From Planctomycetota bacterium (GTDB lineage Bacteria > Planctomycetota > UBA11346), in the NCBI GenBank assembly GCA_038213805.1, contig JBBQSO010000002.1:64001-128000 (forward strand): 64,000 bases of DNA, given 5' to 3'. Positions within the stretch are counted from its first letter, which is position 1; every line of letters starts with the position of its first letter. Of this stretch, positions 1 through 9,483 are shown piece after piece. Under the pieces are notes generated by a model. It ran no database searches and had not been told where the DNA came from. It saw only the letters and a program-made list of their open reading frames with translations. A program made the position numbers and the translations under genes.

Positions 1-82
1 TGCCATCTCCCGTCGAGCGCTTGCCCATGCCGTACATTCGCCAGCGGCGTCGACGGTCAATCCCTGCTTCGAATGTGCATGA

Positions 83-169
83 ATCGCCTACGGACCGCGA
101 TTCCTGCCGGTCGGCATCGCTGGTGGATTCGCGGGCTCAGGCCGGCAGGAATCGCGGACCGTAGGCGAT
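83..169. repeat. Inverted repeat (28-nt arms), REP-like hairpin
   Basis: 83-110 ATCGCCTACGGACCGCGATTCCTGCCGG is the reverse complement of 142-169 with one mismatch; contains CTAC/GTAG. Confidence 0.8.
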
Positions 170-190
170 GAGATTTATAACGCGTCAAGT

Positions 191-238
191 CCCAGGGCTC
201 ACGCCCTGGGCTAGCTTCTGCCGCCCGCTCCGCGGGCT
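191..238. repeat. REP-like palindromic unit, same family as 60464-60748
   Basis: CCCAGGGCTCACGCCCTGGGCT (191-212) plus a second small hairpin GCCCGCTCCGCGGGC; near-identical to CCCAGGGCTTCGCCCTGGGCT at 60698. Confidence 0.7.
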
Positions 239-303
239 CATCCACGGTGACGCAGCGGTGCCCGCGTGACCGCCTGTCTCTCGTTCCCGACCCGGTGTCC
301 TAT

Positions 304-338
304 GCCTCGTGCCTCGCGCCTCGCGCCTCGCGCCTCGC
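304..338. repeat. Heptamer tandem array (GCCTCGC)x5
   Basis: Five units, first with one mismatch, just past the trpE stop. Confidence 0.9.
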
Positions 339-365
339 ACTCCGCACACCGCACCTACCTTCCCC

Positions 366-1838
366 TCAGAACTGCCCCGCCCGCGCGATCGCCAGCAGCG
401 TCGCCCGCGCCTTGCGCAGGGTCTCTTCATACTCGCTCGCCGGCACGCTGTCCGCGACCACGCCGGCGCCGGCCTGCACGTGGACCTCGCCGTTGGCGAT
501 GATCGCGGTGCGCAGGGCGATGCAGGTGTCGAGGTTGCCGCGGAAGTCGAGGTAGCCGACCGCGCCCGCGTATGGCCCGCGCTTCACCGGTTCGAGCTGG
601 TCGATGATCTGCATCGCGCGCACCTTCGGCGCGCCGCTGACGGTGCCGGCGGGGTGGCAGGCGCGCAGCGCGTCGAGCGCGTCGAGGTCGTCGCGCAGCT
701 CGCCCTCGACGTGGCTGACGATGTGCTGGACGTGGCTGTAGCGCTCGATGACCATCTTCTCGGTCAGGTGCACCGTACCCGGCTTGCACACCCGCCCGAC
801 GTCGTTGCGGCCGAGGTCGATGAGCATGGTGTGCTCGGCGACCTCCTTGGGATCGGCGAGCAGCGCCGCGGCGAGGCGCTCGTCCTCCTCCGCGGTCTGG
901 CCGCGCAGCGCGGTGCCGGCGATCGGGCGCACTGCGACACGGCCCTGATCGACGCGCACCAGCAGCTCGGGGCTGGCGCCGACCAGCGCGGCCGGACCGT
1001 GCTTGAGGAAGAACAGGTACGGGCTGGGATTCAGGCTGCGCAGGCTGCGGTAGATCTGGAAGGGCGTGACCGCGCACGGCGCGGACAGGCGCTGGCTGAG
1101 CACCACCTGGAAGGCGTCGCCCGCCTTCACGAACTCCTGGATGCGGCCCACGGCCGTCTCGAAGTCGGCCTGGCTGGTGTGCGCGCGGTAGACCGGGTCG
1201 CTGCCCGGCACCGGCTCGACCAAGCGCATCGACGCGGGTTTCTCGAGGCGCATCTGCATAGCGTCAAGCTCGCGCTCCGCCGCGGCGTAGGCGTCCACGA
1301 CCGTGGCGCCGCCGCTGAGATCGAGGTGGGTGATCAGCAGCAGGTGGTTGTAGCTGTGGTCGAAGACCAGCACGGTGTCGTAGCGGCACAGGTGCAGGTC
1401 GGGCAGTCCAAGCAGGTCCGGCGGGCAGTGCGGCAGCGGTTCGCTGCTGCGCACGGTATCGTACGACCAGTAGCCGACCAGCCCGCCCGAGAAGCGCGGC
1501 AGGCCAGGCAGGTGCGGGCTCTTCAGCTTGGCCGCATAGGCGCGCACCGCTGCGTGGGGATCACCGGCCAGCGCCTCGGTCGAGCCGTCCTGGCGGTGCA
1601 GCACGACCTGCCGCAGGTCGCCGACCAGGCGCGCCCGCGGCCGGCAGCCCAGCATGCTGTAGCGCGCGACCCGCTCGCCGCCAACCACGCTCTCGAAGAG
1701 GAAGGCGTAGGGTTCATCCTGGAGGCGTGCCAGCGCGCCCACCGGGGTGAGGTCGTCCGCGACCAGGCGGCGCACCACCGGGATGAGGGTGAAGCCCTGG
1801 TCGGCGAAGGTCTGGCAGGCGGTGCGGTCGGGGGTCAT
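366..1838 (-). CDS. trpE: Anthranilate synthase component I
   Basis: LFESVVGGERVARYS, GGLVGY, FQVVLSQR, NPSPY, PIAGT, KEVAEHTMLIDLGRND, GTVSGAPKVRAM, QAGAGVVADS. Confidence 0.95.
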   Translation of the reverse strand: MTPDRTACQTFADQGFTLIPVVRRLVADDLTPVGALARLQDEPYAFLFESVVGGERVARYSMLGCRPRARLVGDLRQVVLHRQDGSTEALAGDPHAAVRAYAAKLKSPHLPGLPRFSGGLVGYWSYDTVRSSEPLPHCPPDLLGLPDLHLCRYDTVLVFDHSYNHLLLITHLDLSGGATVVDAYAAAERELDAMQMRLEKPASMRLVEPVPGSDPVYRAHTSQADFETAVGRIQEFVKAGDAFQVVLSQRLSAPCAVTPFQIYRSLRSLNPSPYLFFLKHGPAALVGASPELLVRVDQGRVAVRPIAGTALRGQTAEEDERLAAALLADPKEVAEHTMLIDLGRNDVGRVCKPGTVHLTEKMVIERYSHVQHIVSHVEGELRDDLDALDALRACHPAGTVSGAPKVRAMQIIDQLEPVKRGPYAGAVGYLDFRGNLDTCIALRTAIIANGEVHVQAGAGVVADSVPASEYEETLRKARATLLAIARAGQF

Positions 1839-2301
1839 GGCTGTGGAGATGGGCTGGCGGGGGGTGCGGTGGCAGAGGGAGGACGGGCAGCAGATGGCAG
1901 AATTGCGGGTCCGAAAGGCAGGAGACGATAGTCCGGGCCAATGGTATCGACACGCAACAACGGCGTTCGGGCTGGTCGTGCCACCCTACCGGCGGCTGGC
2001 AAAAGTCGAACCCCGTCCGGGCGGCGGAACTCGGGATGTGACAGGCGAATCCCACGATTCTCCAGAGGCTGGCGTCGAGCGACACGCCCCGGTTCGACCC
2101 CCCTGACACACTGTCGGGAAAAAAGACAATTGAATCAGTTTGCCTGCTATCCATCATTCGCGCCTGATCAGCGGAGCAGCTGGCGGACGGCGGGGTCATC
2201 CCCATCCCACACGCCGTACGTTTCGCCTGCCTCGACCGTCAGCCCTGTGTGGGGGTTGATGGTGCCGCTGGAAACGCTTCACCCCCTTAGGAGGGTTTCA
2301 C

Positions 2302-3540
2302 GTGAATCTTCGTCACCTTGTGCCCGTTATGGGCGTCCTCGCCATCACCGCTGGTTCCAGCGTCTTCGCCGAAGACAAGGGCCCGAGCGTCTCGTTCTCC
2401 GGCTGGTCTGATAACTTCATGACCGTCAGCAACGCGAACAACCCGCAGAACAACGCTGCCACCGCCAAGAATGACAAGGCCACCGAGGTCGGCTTCGCCA
2501 CCACGGAGAGCCTGAAGGCCAACGTCAAGATCGGCGATGGCGTCACCGGCAAGATCAACCTCTTCCTGCACCCGACCGGCAACAACGCCAGCACCGTTGA
2601 TATCCGCGAAGGCTACATGGCGTGGGCGTTCAACCCCGACTGGACCTTCACCGCCGGCAAGTACATCAACCACATCGGCTGGCTGTCGCCCGAGCCCACC
2701 GGCCTGTACACCCCGAATGCCTCGCTCATCGGTTACCAGAGCGGCGTTGCGGCTGGCTCGGTTGCCGGCCAGGCCCGCCTCTACGGCTACGCCAACGACG
2801 TCACCGGTATCAACTTCGCCTACGCCTCCAAGGACACCCCGCTGAGCGGTTCAGTCCACCTCGTCAACGGCTACTTCAACGGCGGCGATGCCAACAGCAT
2901 CGGCCCCGTGAGCAGCCTGGGCGCTGGCAATGCCAACAAGCCGACTACCCGCGAGAACGCGGATCTGGGCTACGGCCTCGATCTGACCTTCGCCCTCCCG
3001 AAGGACATGGGTTACATCGACTTCGACTTCGCCTACGACCCCCACGGCGGTTCGAATGCCGGGAATACCGTCGGTCCCGTGACCACCGGTCTCGGCGGCG
3101 ACGTGCTGCTGCTCGGCCTCAACGCCACGCTCAAGCCCGCTGAAGGCTGGCTGCTCGGCGCTGAAGTGATCTACACCCAGACCGGCAAGGGCAAGAACAG
3201 CGCCAAGACGTCGGTCGACAACTCGGATTTCACCACCACGCAGGGCATGCTGCTGGCGAATTACGCCCTGCCCAAGGGTTCCGTGTCGATCCCGGTGTCG
3301 CTCACGGCGCTCGCTCAGATCTGGCAGGACAAGTTCAAGACCGGCGCTCCCGGCCTTGGCGCCAATGGCACCGGACCCGGCGCGCGCGAGATCGCCGTGG
3401 CCGTGCTGACCAACCCGACCAGCTCGGCGAACTTCGGCCTCAACGCCGAACTCGCGTTCACCAGCTTCGACAGCAAGGTGGCCGGCACGGACAAGGTCAA
3501 CGCCACGATCTTCTCGATCGAGGCGCTCATCGCGTTCTGA
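2302..3540 (+). CDS. Outer-membrane beta-barrel porin, candidate urea/amide porin
   Basis: Signal peptide (SVFA-E), amphipathic beta strands, C-terminal Phe (EALIAF), AGGAGG RBS; directly upstream of urt genes. Confidence 0.75.
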   Translation: MNLRHLVPVMGVLAITAGSSVFAEDKGPSVSFSGWSDNFMTVSNANNPQNNAATAKNDKATEVGFATTESLKANVKIGDGVTGKINLFLHPTGNNASTVDIREGYMAWAFNPDWTFTAGKYINHIGWLSPEPTGLYTPNASLIGYQSGVAAGSVAGQARLYGYANDVTGINFAYASKDTPLSGSVHLVNGYFNGGDANSIGPVSSLGAGNANKPTTRENADLGYGLDLTFALPKDMGYIDFDFAYDPHGGSNAGNTVGPVTTGLGGDVLLLGLNATLKPAEGWLLGAEVIYTQTGKGKNSAKTSVDNSDFTTTQGMLLANYALPKGSVSIPVSLTALAQIWQDKFKTGAPGLGANGTGPGAREIAVAVLTNPTSSANFGLNAELAFTSFDSKVAGTDKVNATIFSIEALIAF

Positions 3541-3579
3541 TTCCGAACTCCGACGGTTTCGACCGTTTGATTTCTGCGG

Positions 3580-3613
3580 CCCCCGGTGGAAACACCGGGG
3601 GTTGTTGTTTTTC
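3580..3613 (+). terminator. Rho-independent terminator after porin
   Basis: CCCCCGGTG-GAAA-CACCGGGGG followed by TTGTTGTTTTT. Confidence 0.9.
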
Positions 3614-3811
3614 TGCTTCTCGGCGCGCACCTGGGCCTTGATCACCCCTCGGGCACGCCCGCTACGGTGGACCGATGCCGTTCTCGGAAGTGGCTGCTCG
3701 CCCGCTGCGCCATTCAGCATTAAGCGCATCATTCGCTCTCTATTTGACCATGGAGCCACGACCAACCCTCGGGTAGTGCTGCACGGGTGTGCACATCCGG
3801 CCATTTCCCCT

Positions 3812-3827
3812 CGGCACCATAGTTGCA
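3812..3827 (+). promoter_or_regulatory. Sigma-54 (-24/-12) promoter for urtA
   Basis: CGGCACCATAGTTGCA = GG-N10-GC, near consensus TGGCAC-N5-TTGCW; upstream of a nitrogen-scavenging operon. Confidence 0.7.
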
Positions 3828-3965
3828 CTGCAGCCGCGGATCCTGGGCGCATCTCCTGATGGGGATGGCGGCCTCCAGCCCCCGCGGACGGGGCCGAGCG
3901 CCTGCTCGGGACCAGACACACCCCGTGGTGGCTCCTCGCGCCGCCCGCCTGCCGGAGAATACCTG

Positions 3966-5240
3966 ATGACCAGTCCCACCAACTCACGCCGCAGCGAGCT
4001 GAAGCGCCGCAGCCTGTTGAAAGTCCTCGCCATCGGCGCGGTGGCGAGCCTCGGCTTCGCGCCCGCTTTGAATGCGGCGGACACCGTCAAGATCGGCGTC
4101 CTGCATTCGCTCAGCGGCACCATGGCCATTTCCGAGATCTCCTGCAAGGACGGCACCCTGCTCGCCGTCGACGAGATCAACGCCAAGGGCGGCGTGCTCG
4201 GCAAGATGATCACCCCGGTGGTGGTCGACCCCGCGTCGAACTGGGATCTGTTCGCCGAGAAGGCCAAGCAGCTGGTCACCCAGGACAAGGTCGCCGTGAC
4301 CTTCGGCTGCTGGACCTCGGTGAGCCGCAAGTCGGTGCTGCCGGTCTACGAGTCGAACAACGCCCTGCTCTTCTACCCGGTGCAGTACGAGGGTGAAGAG
4401 CAGTCGCTGAACGTGTTCTACACCGCCGCGTCGCCCAACGAGCAGCTAGTGCCCGCGGCCGAGTACCTGCTCTCGGAAGAGGGCGGCGGCTACAAGAAGT
4501 TCTACCTGCTCGGCACGGACTACGTCTTCCCGCGCACCGCGAACAAGGTGCTCAAGGCCTTCCTCAAGGCCAAGGGCGTGCCCGATGAGAACGTGGTCGA
4601 GGAGTACACTCCGTTCCACCACCAGGACTACCAGACCATTGTCGGCAAGATCAAGGAGCTGGCCAAGGGCGGCAAGGCGTGCGTCCTGTCGACCATCAAT
4701 GGCGACTCGAACGTGCCCTTCTACAAGGAATTCGCCAACCAGGGCCTGACCGCGGCCGACTGCCCGATCATGGCCTTCTCGGTCGCCGAGGACGAACTGC
4801 GCGCCATGGACGTTCCGCCGCTGGTCGGCCACCTGGCCGCGTGGAACTACTTCATGAACATCGACACCCCGGCGAACAAGAAGTTCATCGCCGCGTTCAA
4901 GAAGAAGTACGGCGCCGATCGCGTGGTCGATGACCCCATCGAGGCCGCCTACTACGGCGTCTACGTGTGGGCCGCTGCCTGCGAAAAGGCCAAGAGCTTC
5001 GACGTCGACAAGGTGCGCGCCGCGGTCTACGGCCTCGAATTCGACGCGCCGGGCGGCAAGAAGAAGATGGACGAGAAGAACCAGCACACCTGGAAGCCCG
5101 TCATCATCGGCGAGATCCTCAAGGACGGCCAGTTCAAGACGGTGTGGCAGTCCAAGGGCCTGGTCCATCCGGACAGCTACAGCGCCTACCTGTGGCCCGA
5201 CGCCAGCAAGACCCCCAAGCCCACCGGCGGCCCCAAGTAA
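3966..5240 (+). CDS. urtA: Urea ABC transporter substrate-binding protein
   Basis: KIGVLHSLSGTMAISE, FGCWTSVSRKSVLP, FYPVQYEGEE, GTDYVFPRTAN; Tat-like KRRSLLK; start moved to ATG 3966 (GGAG upstream). Confidence 0.95.
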   Translation: MTSPTNSRRSELKRRSLLKVLAIGAVASLGFAPALNAADTVKIGVLHSLSGTMAISEISCKDGTLLAVDEINAKGGVLGKMITPVVVDPASNWDLFAEKAKQLVTQDKVAVTFGCWTSVSRKSVLPVYESNNALLFYPVQYEGEEQSLNVFYTAASPNEQLVPAAEYLLSEEGGGYKKFYLLGTDYVFPRTANKVLKAFLKAKGVPDENVVEEYTPFHHQDYQTIVGKIKELAKGGKACVLSTINGDSNVPFYKEFANQGLTAADCPIMAFSVAEDELRAMDVPPLVGHLAAWNYFMNIDTPANKKFIAAFKKKYGADRVVDDPIEAAYYGVYVWAAACEKAKSFDVDKVRAAVYGLEFDAPGGKKKMDEKNQHTWKPVIIGEILKDGQFKTVWQSKGLVHPDSYSAYLWPDASKTPKPTGGPK

Positions 5241-5256
5241 TCCCTTCGTGGCGGGA

Positions 5257-5291
5257 GCCGGCCCATCGGTGTGGGATGGGCCGGTTTCCTT
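5257..5291 (+). terminator. Stem-loop after urtA (weak terminator or mRNA stabiliser)
   Basis: GCCGGCCCATC-loop-GATGGGCCGGT then TTCCTT. Confidence 0.55.
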
Positions 5292-5672
5292 CCCGTATGT
5301 TTCCGCATCCAAGCCGCCCGGCGCGCATGCCGGGCGGTGATCCCCCCGACGACGGCTTGGAACCGCGTCGGGTGTGATCGCTTGAATTGAGACTCCCTCG
5401 CTGCTCGCTGATCAGCGCGCGCCATCCGAATGCGGAGTCAAACCCACATGCGCAGCCGTCCCGTGCACAGCCAGCGTCCGATCACGCGTCGCGCGGCCTG
5501 CACGCGCTTCCCGTTGCCGGTGACCACCCGTCAACGCGTCGTGAAACGGATCCTGCGCCGACGCCCCGGACCACGTCGCCCTCGCGAGTGATCGCACCCA
5601 CGATCGTCCCGCCCGCTCACCCATGAGTCGCCCGCTGCGCCCCATGCGCACGGATCGGATGATCCCCCTCTT

Positions 5673-5720
5673 TTTTATTTCCTTATTCCCTTGCTCCTCT
5701 GCTCCCTTGCTCCCCGTTTT
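5673..5720. repeat. Degenerate pyrimidine-rich octamer array (CCTTGCTC-type)
   Basis: CCTTATTC CCTTGCTC CTCTGCTC CCTTGCTC upstream of urtB. Confidence 0.7.
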
Positions 5721-5762
5721 CTCATTTCCCCCTTCCCCGTCCCCGCTCTCCACCGGACGCCC

Positions 5763-7490
5763 ATGACCCTCCCCAGTCCGCAGTCGCGGGCGCACGGCGC
5801 GCGCTGGCTGCTGCTCCTGCTCTGGATGCTGCCCATCTGGGCGCCGGCGCCCGCCCCCCTGCTCGCCGCCGAGACCGCGCCGCCCGCTGCGAGCGCCCCG
5901 AGCTCGGTGGACGATGCGCTGCTGGCGCTCATGGCGGCCGAAGGCCCGGCGCGCCGGGCCGCGATCGAAAGCCTTGGACGCAGCCGCGACATGCGCCTGG
6001 TGCCGTTCTTCAAGGACTACAACAGCGGCAACATCTACGCTTGGCAGGGCCGCCTGGTCCTAGTTCCCGACCTGGTCGATGACGGCAAGGACGGCAAACA
6101 GGGCGCGGCCCTCGACCCACTGACCCGCCAGCCGCTCGCCGGCGCGCCGGTCATCGCCAAGGGCGACCTCACCGAGCTGACCATCAGCAACCCGCGCGAG
6201 CGGACCTGGGCGCGGGCGGCGATGACCATGCTGAACCTCAGCGATCCCGACGGCGACCGCCGGCTCGCCGCCGTGGTCAAGGCCGGCGACAGCGCAAGCG
6301 CCGCCAACCTCGCCGCGCTGCGCGCGCTCGCCACGACGGAAACCAACCCGCGCGTCAGGACCGCGATCATCGAAAGCGAGCTGCTCAATGTGCTGGCCGA
6401 CGCCAGCGGCGCCAAGCCCGGCACGCCGGCCGGCGACACGCGGCTGGCGGCGGTGGTCAAGCTCGGGCAGCTGGGGTCGTCGCGGGCGCGCTCGGCGATC
6501 CGCGAGATCGCTGCGAAGAAGCCGGACGAGGCGCTGACTGCGGCCTGCGACTCCGCGCTTCGATCGATTGAGCGTTGGCAACAGGTGGCGCGCGGCGTCG
6601 GCTACGTGTTCAGCGGCCTTTCGCAGGGCTCGGTGCTGGTGCTGATGGCGCTGGGCCTGTCGATCATCTTCGGATTGATGGGCGTGATCAACATGGCGCA
6701 CGGTGAACTGATGATGATCGGCGCCTATTCCACCTACCTGACCCAGCAGCTATTCGTGAAATTCCTGCCGGCGTCACTCTTTGACTGGTACTTCCCGGTG
6801 GCCATACCGGTCGCGTTCATCATCGCGGCGGTGTTCGGCTGGCTGATCGAGCTGCTCGTCATCCGCCATCTCTACGGGCGGCCGCTCGAAACCCTGCTCG
6901 CGACCTTCGGCGTGTCGCTGATCCTCACCCAGCTGGTGCGCGTCACCATCGGCGACAACATCGCGGTCAACAGCCCGTCGTGGCTGCAGGGTGGCGTCGA
7001 GGTCATGCAGGACGTGACCCTGCCGTGGAACCGCCTGTTCATCCTGCTGTTCTGCGCGGTCTGCATCGGCCTGATGTACTGGCTGATCGAGCGCACCAAG
7101 CTCGGGCTGCTGCTGCGCGCCACCACCCAGAACCGCAACATGGCCGCCGCGCTGGGCGTACCGACGCGGCGCATCGATGGCTACACCTTCGCGCTGGGCG
7201 CGGGCCTGGCCGGGCTGGCCGGCTGCGCGCTGACCCAGATCGGCGGCGTCAGCCCGGACATGGGCCAGAACTACATCGTCGACTCCTTCCTGGTCGTGGT
7301 CACCGGCGGCGTCGGCAAGCTCGCCGGCGCGATCTGGGCGGGCATGGGGTTGGGCTGCCTCAACAAGGTCTTCGAGCCGTTCACCGAGTCGGTGTGGGCC
7401 AAGGTGCTGATCCTCGCCGCGGTGGTGGTGTTCATGCAGTGGCGTCCGTCTGGATTGTTCCCGGCGAAAGGACGGATGGCCGATGCGTGA
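5763..7490 (+). CDS. urtB: Urea ABC transporter permease with long periplasmic HEAT-like N-terminal domain
   Basis: ALGLSIIFGLMGVINMAHGELMMIGAY, LYGRPLETLLATFG, YIVDSFLVVVTGGVG; start uncertain. Confidence 0.93.
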   Translation: MTLPSPQSRAHGARWLLLLLWMLPIWAPAPAPLLAAETAPPAASAPSSVDDALLALMAAEGPARRAAIESLGRSRDMRLVPFFKDYNSGNIYAWQGRLVLVPDLVDDGKDGKQGAALDPLTRQPLAGAPVIAKGDLTELTISNPRERTWARAAMTMLNLSDPDGDRRLAAVVKAGDSASAANLAALRALATTETNPRVRTAIIESELLNVLADASGAKPGTPAGDTRLAAVVKLGQLGSSRARSAIREIAAKKPDEALTAACDSALRSIERWQQVARGVGYVFSGLSQGSVLVLMALGLSIIFGLMGVINMAHGELMMIGAYSTYLTQQLFVKFLPASLFDWYFPVAIPVAFIIAAVFGWLIELLVIRHLYGRPLETLLATFGVSLILTQLVRVTIGDNIAVNSPSWLQGGVEVMQDVTLPWNRLFILLFCAVCIGLMYWLIERTKLGLLLRATTQNRNMAAALGVPTRRIDGYTFALGAGLAGLAGCALTQIGGVSPDMGQNYIVDSFLVVVTGGVGKLAGAIWAGMGLGCLNKVFEPFTESVWAKVLILAAVVVFMQWRPSGLFPAKGRMADA

Positions 7491-8637
7491 TCCCATGAGA
7501 TCCCCGCCGCGCGCCGGGCGCTTCGTCCCGCTGGTGGCGCTCGGTGTGCTCGCGGTGCTGGTGCCCGGGCTGTACGGCGTCGGCGTGCTCGACATCACCG
7601 CGATCAACCAGCTCGGGCGCTTCCTGGCCCTGGCGATCGTCGCGGTCGGCCTCGACCTGGTGTGGGGCTACACCGGCATCCTCTCGCTGTGCCAGGCGAT
7701 GTTCTTCTGCTTCGGTGGCTACGCGATGGGCATGTACATGGCGATGCACGGTCCGCTCAGCGACAAGGGCGTACCGCGCGTGCTGACCGAGGTCAGCTCG
7801 GACGTCGGCGGCATGACCCTGCCGCTGTTCTGGGAGCCGTTCGGTTCGTTCTGGTTCGCGCTGGCGGCGGTGGTGGTGGTGCCTGGCCTGGCGGCACTGG
7901 TCTTCGGCTGGCTGACCTTCCGCAGCCGCGTGCGCGGGGTGTACTTCTCGATCATCACCCAGGCCACCACCATCGCGGTGTGGCTGATCTTCTGCCGCAA
8001 CGAGACCAAGCTGTGCGGCACCAACGGGCTGAACAAGCTCGAGCAGATGTTCGGCTACAACATGACCACGCCCGGGGCGCGCTTCGCCGCCTACCTGGTG
8101 ACGGTCGGGGTGCTGGCCGGAACCTGGCTGTTCGCGCGCTGGCTGATCGCCAGCCGCACCGGCCGCGTGCTGGTGGCGATCCGCGACAACGAGAGCCGCC
8201 TGCGCTTCGCCGGCTACCAGCCGGTGGCCTACAAGACCTTCATCTTCACCGTCGGCGCGGTGCTCGCCGGCATCGGCGGCGCGCTCTACGTGCCGCAGAA
8301 CGGCATCATCACGCCGGCGAAGATGGCGGCCATCGAGTCGATCACCATGGTGGTGTGGGTCGCGGTCGGCGGCCGCGGCACGCTCAGCGGCGCGATCATC
8401 GGCGCGGTGGTGGTTAACTATCTGCAGAGCGTGCTCACCACGCTCGCCCCCAACGCCTGGCTGTTCGTGCTCGGCTCCATCTTCGTCGCGGTCGTGCTGT
8501 TCCTGCCGACGGGCCTGACCGGCCTGTGGGCGCGGCTCTTCCCGGCGGGTGCCGGCAGGGTCCCGGACGACGATGGGCGGACTGACGGCGGAACGGCGTC
8601 CGCACCCGCGCCGGTCCCGGCCAAGGCGGCACCATGA
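7483..8637 (+). CDS. urtC: Urea ABC transporter permease
   Basis: GLDLVWGYTGILSL, FRSRVRGVYFSIITQA, AIRDNESRLRF, WVAVGGRGTL. Confidence 0.95.
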   Translation: MRDPMRSPPRAGRFVPLVALGVLAVLVPGLYGVGVLDITAINQLGRFLALAIVAVGLDLVWGYTGILSLCQAMFFCFGGYAMGMYMAMHGPLSDKGVPRVLTEVSSDVGGMTLPLFWEPFGSFWFALAAVVVVPGLAALVFGWLTFRSRVRGVYFSIITQATTIAVWLIFCRNETKLCGTNGLNKLEQMFGYNMTTPGARFAAYLVTVGVLAGTWLFARWLIASRTGRVLVAIRDNESRLRFAGYQPVAYKTFIFTVGAVLAGIGGALYVPQNGIITPAKMAAIESITMVVWVAVGGRGTLSGAIIGAVVVNYLQSVLTTLAPNAWLFVLGSIFVAVVLFLPTGLTGLWARLFPAGAGRVPDDDGRTDGGTASAPAPVPAKAAP

Positions 8638-9434
8638 CCACCATCCCCGACCACCAGCCGACGACACTCTATTCGCCGTCCAAGATGGACCTGGTGCAGA
8701 TCCAGGACGTGAAGGTGGTCTTCGACGGCTTCAAGGCCCTCGACATCGGCTACTTCGGCGTCGACCGCAATGAACTGCGCGTGGTCATTGGCCCCAACGG
8801 GGCGGGCAAGACCACGTTGTGCGACGTGATCAGCGGCAAGACCAAGGTCACCAGCGGCACGGTGGTGTTCGACGACGTCGACATCACCCGCCTGCGCGAC
8901 ACCGACATCGCCGCGCTGGGCGTCGGGCGCAAGTTCCAGACCCCGACGGTGTTCGACAGCCTGACCGTGTACGAGAACATGGAGCTGGCCCTGCCGCGAC
9001 GCTGGAAGGTGCGGCAGAACATGTTCGGGCGTGAGCGCGCCGAGCAGCGCGACGCGATCATGACCATCCTGCAGCGCGTGCACCTTGAGGACGCGGTGCG
9101 CACCCAGAGCCGCTACTTGAGCCACGGCCAGCGCCAGTGGCTGGAGATCAGCATGCTGATGGTCGCCAAGCCCAAGCTGCTGCTGGTCGACGAACCGGCC
9201 GCCGGGCTGACCGACAAGGAGACCGCGCTGACCGCCGAACTGCTCAACGAGCTTAAAGGCAACCACACCATCATCGTCATCGAGCACGACATGGAGTTCG
9301 TGCGCGTGCTCAATAGCCGCGTCACGGTGTTCTGCGAGGGCAAGGTGCTGGCCGACGGCACGCTGGAGCAGGTGCAGACCGATCCCGAGGTCATGAAAGC
9401 CTACCTAGGGCGCGGGAAGGAGCGGGGGAAATGA
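8634..9434 (+). CDS. urtD: Urea ABC transporter ATP-binding protein
   Basis: GPNGAGKTT, GRKFQTPTVF, LSHGQRQWLEI, LLVDEP. Confidence 0.95.
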   Translation: MTTIPDHQPTTLYSPSKMDLVQIQDVKVVFDGFKALDIGYFGVDRNELRVVIGPNGAGKTTLCDVISGKTKVTSGTVVFDDVDITRLRDTDIAALGVGRKFQTPTVFDSLTVYENMELALPRRWKVRQNMFGRERAEQRDAIMTILQRVHLEDAVRTQSRYLSHGQRQWLEISMLMVAKPKLLLVDEPAAGLTDKETALTAELLNELKGNHTIIVIEHDMEFVRVLNSRVTVFCEGKVLADGTLEQVQTDPEVMKAYLGRGKERGK

Positions 9435-9483
9435 GCCTGGGTCACCGCCTGCCGCACGCCGCACCCTCCGCCGGATCCAGCCG

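Noticed and set aside
1..60. Possible gene start on the minus strand at the window edge (ATG at 28)
   Set aside because: Only nine codons visible; cannot be supported
1839..2301. Trp attenuator or leader peptide upstream of trpE
   Set aside because: No short ORF with tandem Trp codons or terminator seen on the minus strand
3700..3800. NtrC boxes upstream of the urtA promoter (TGCGCC...GCGCA; TGCAC-GGGT-GTGCA)
   Set aside because: Half-sites present but spacing does not match TGCAC-N7-GTGCA
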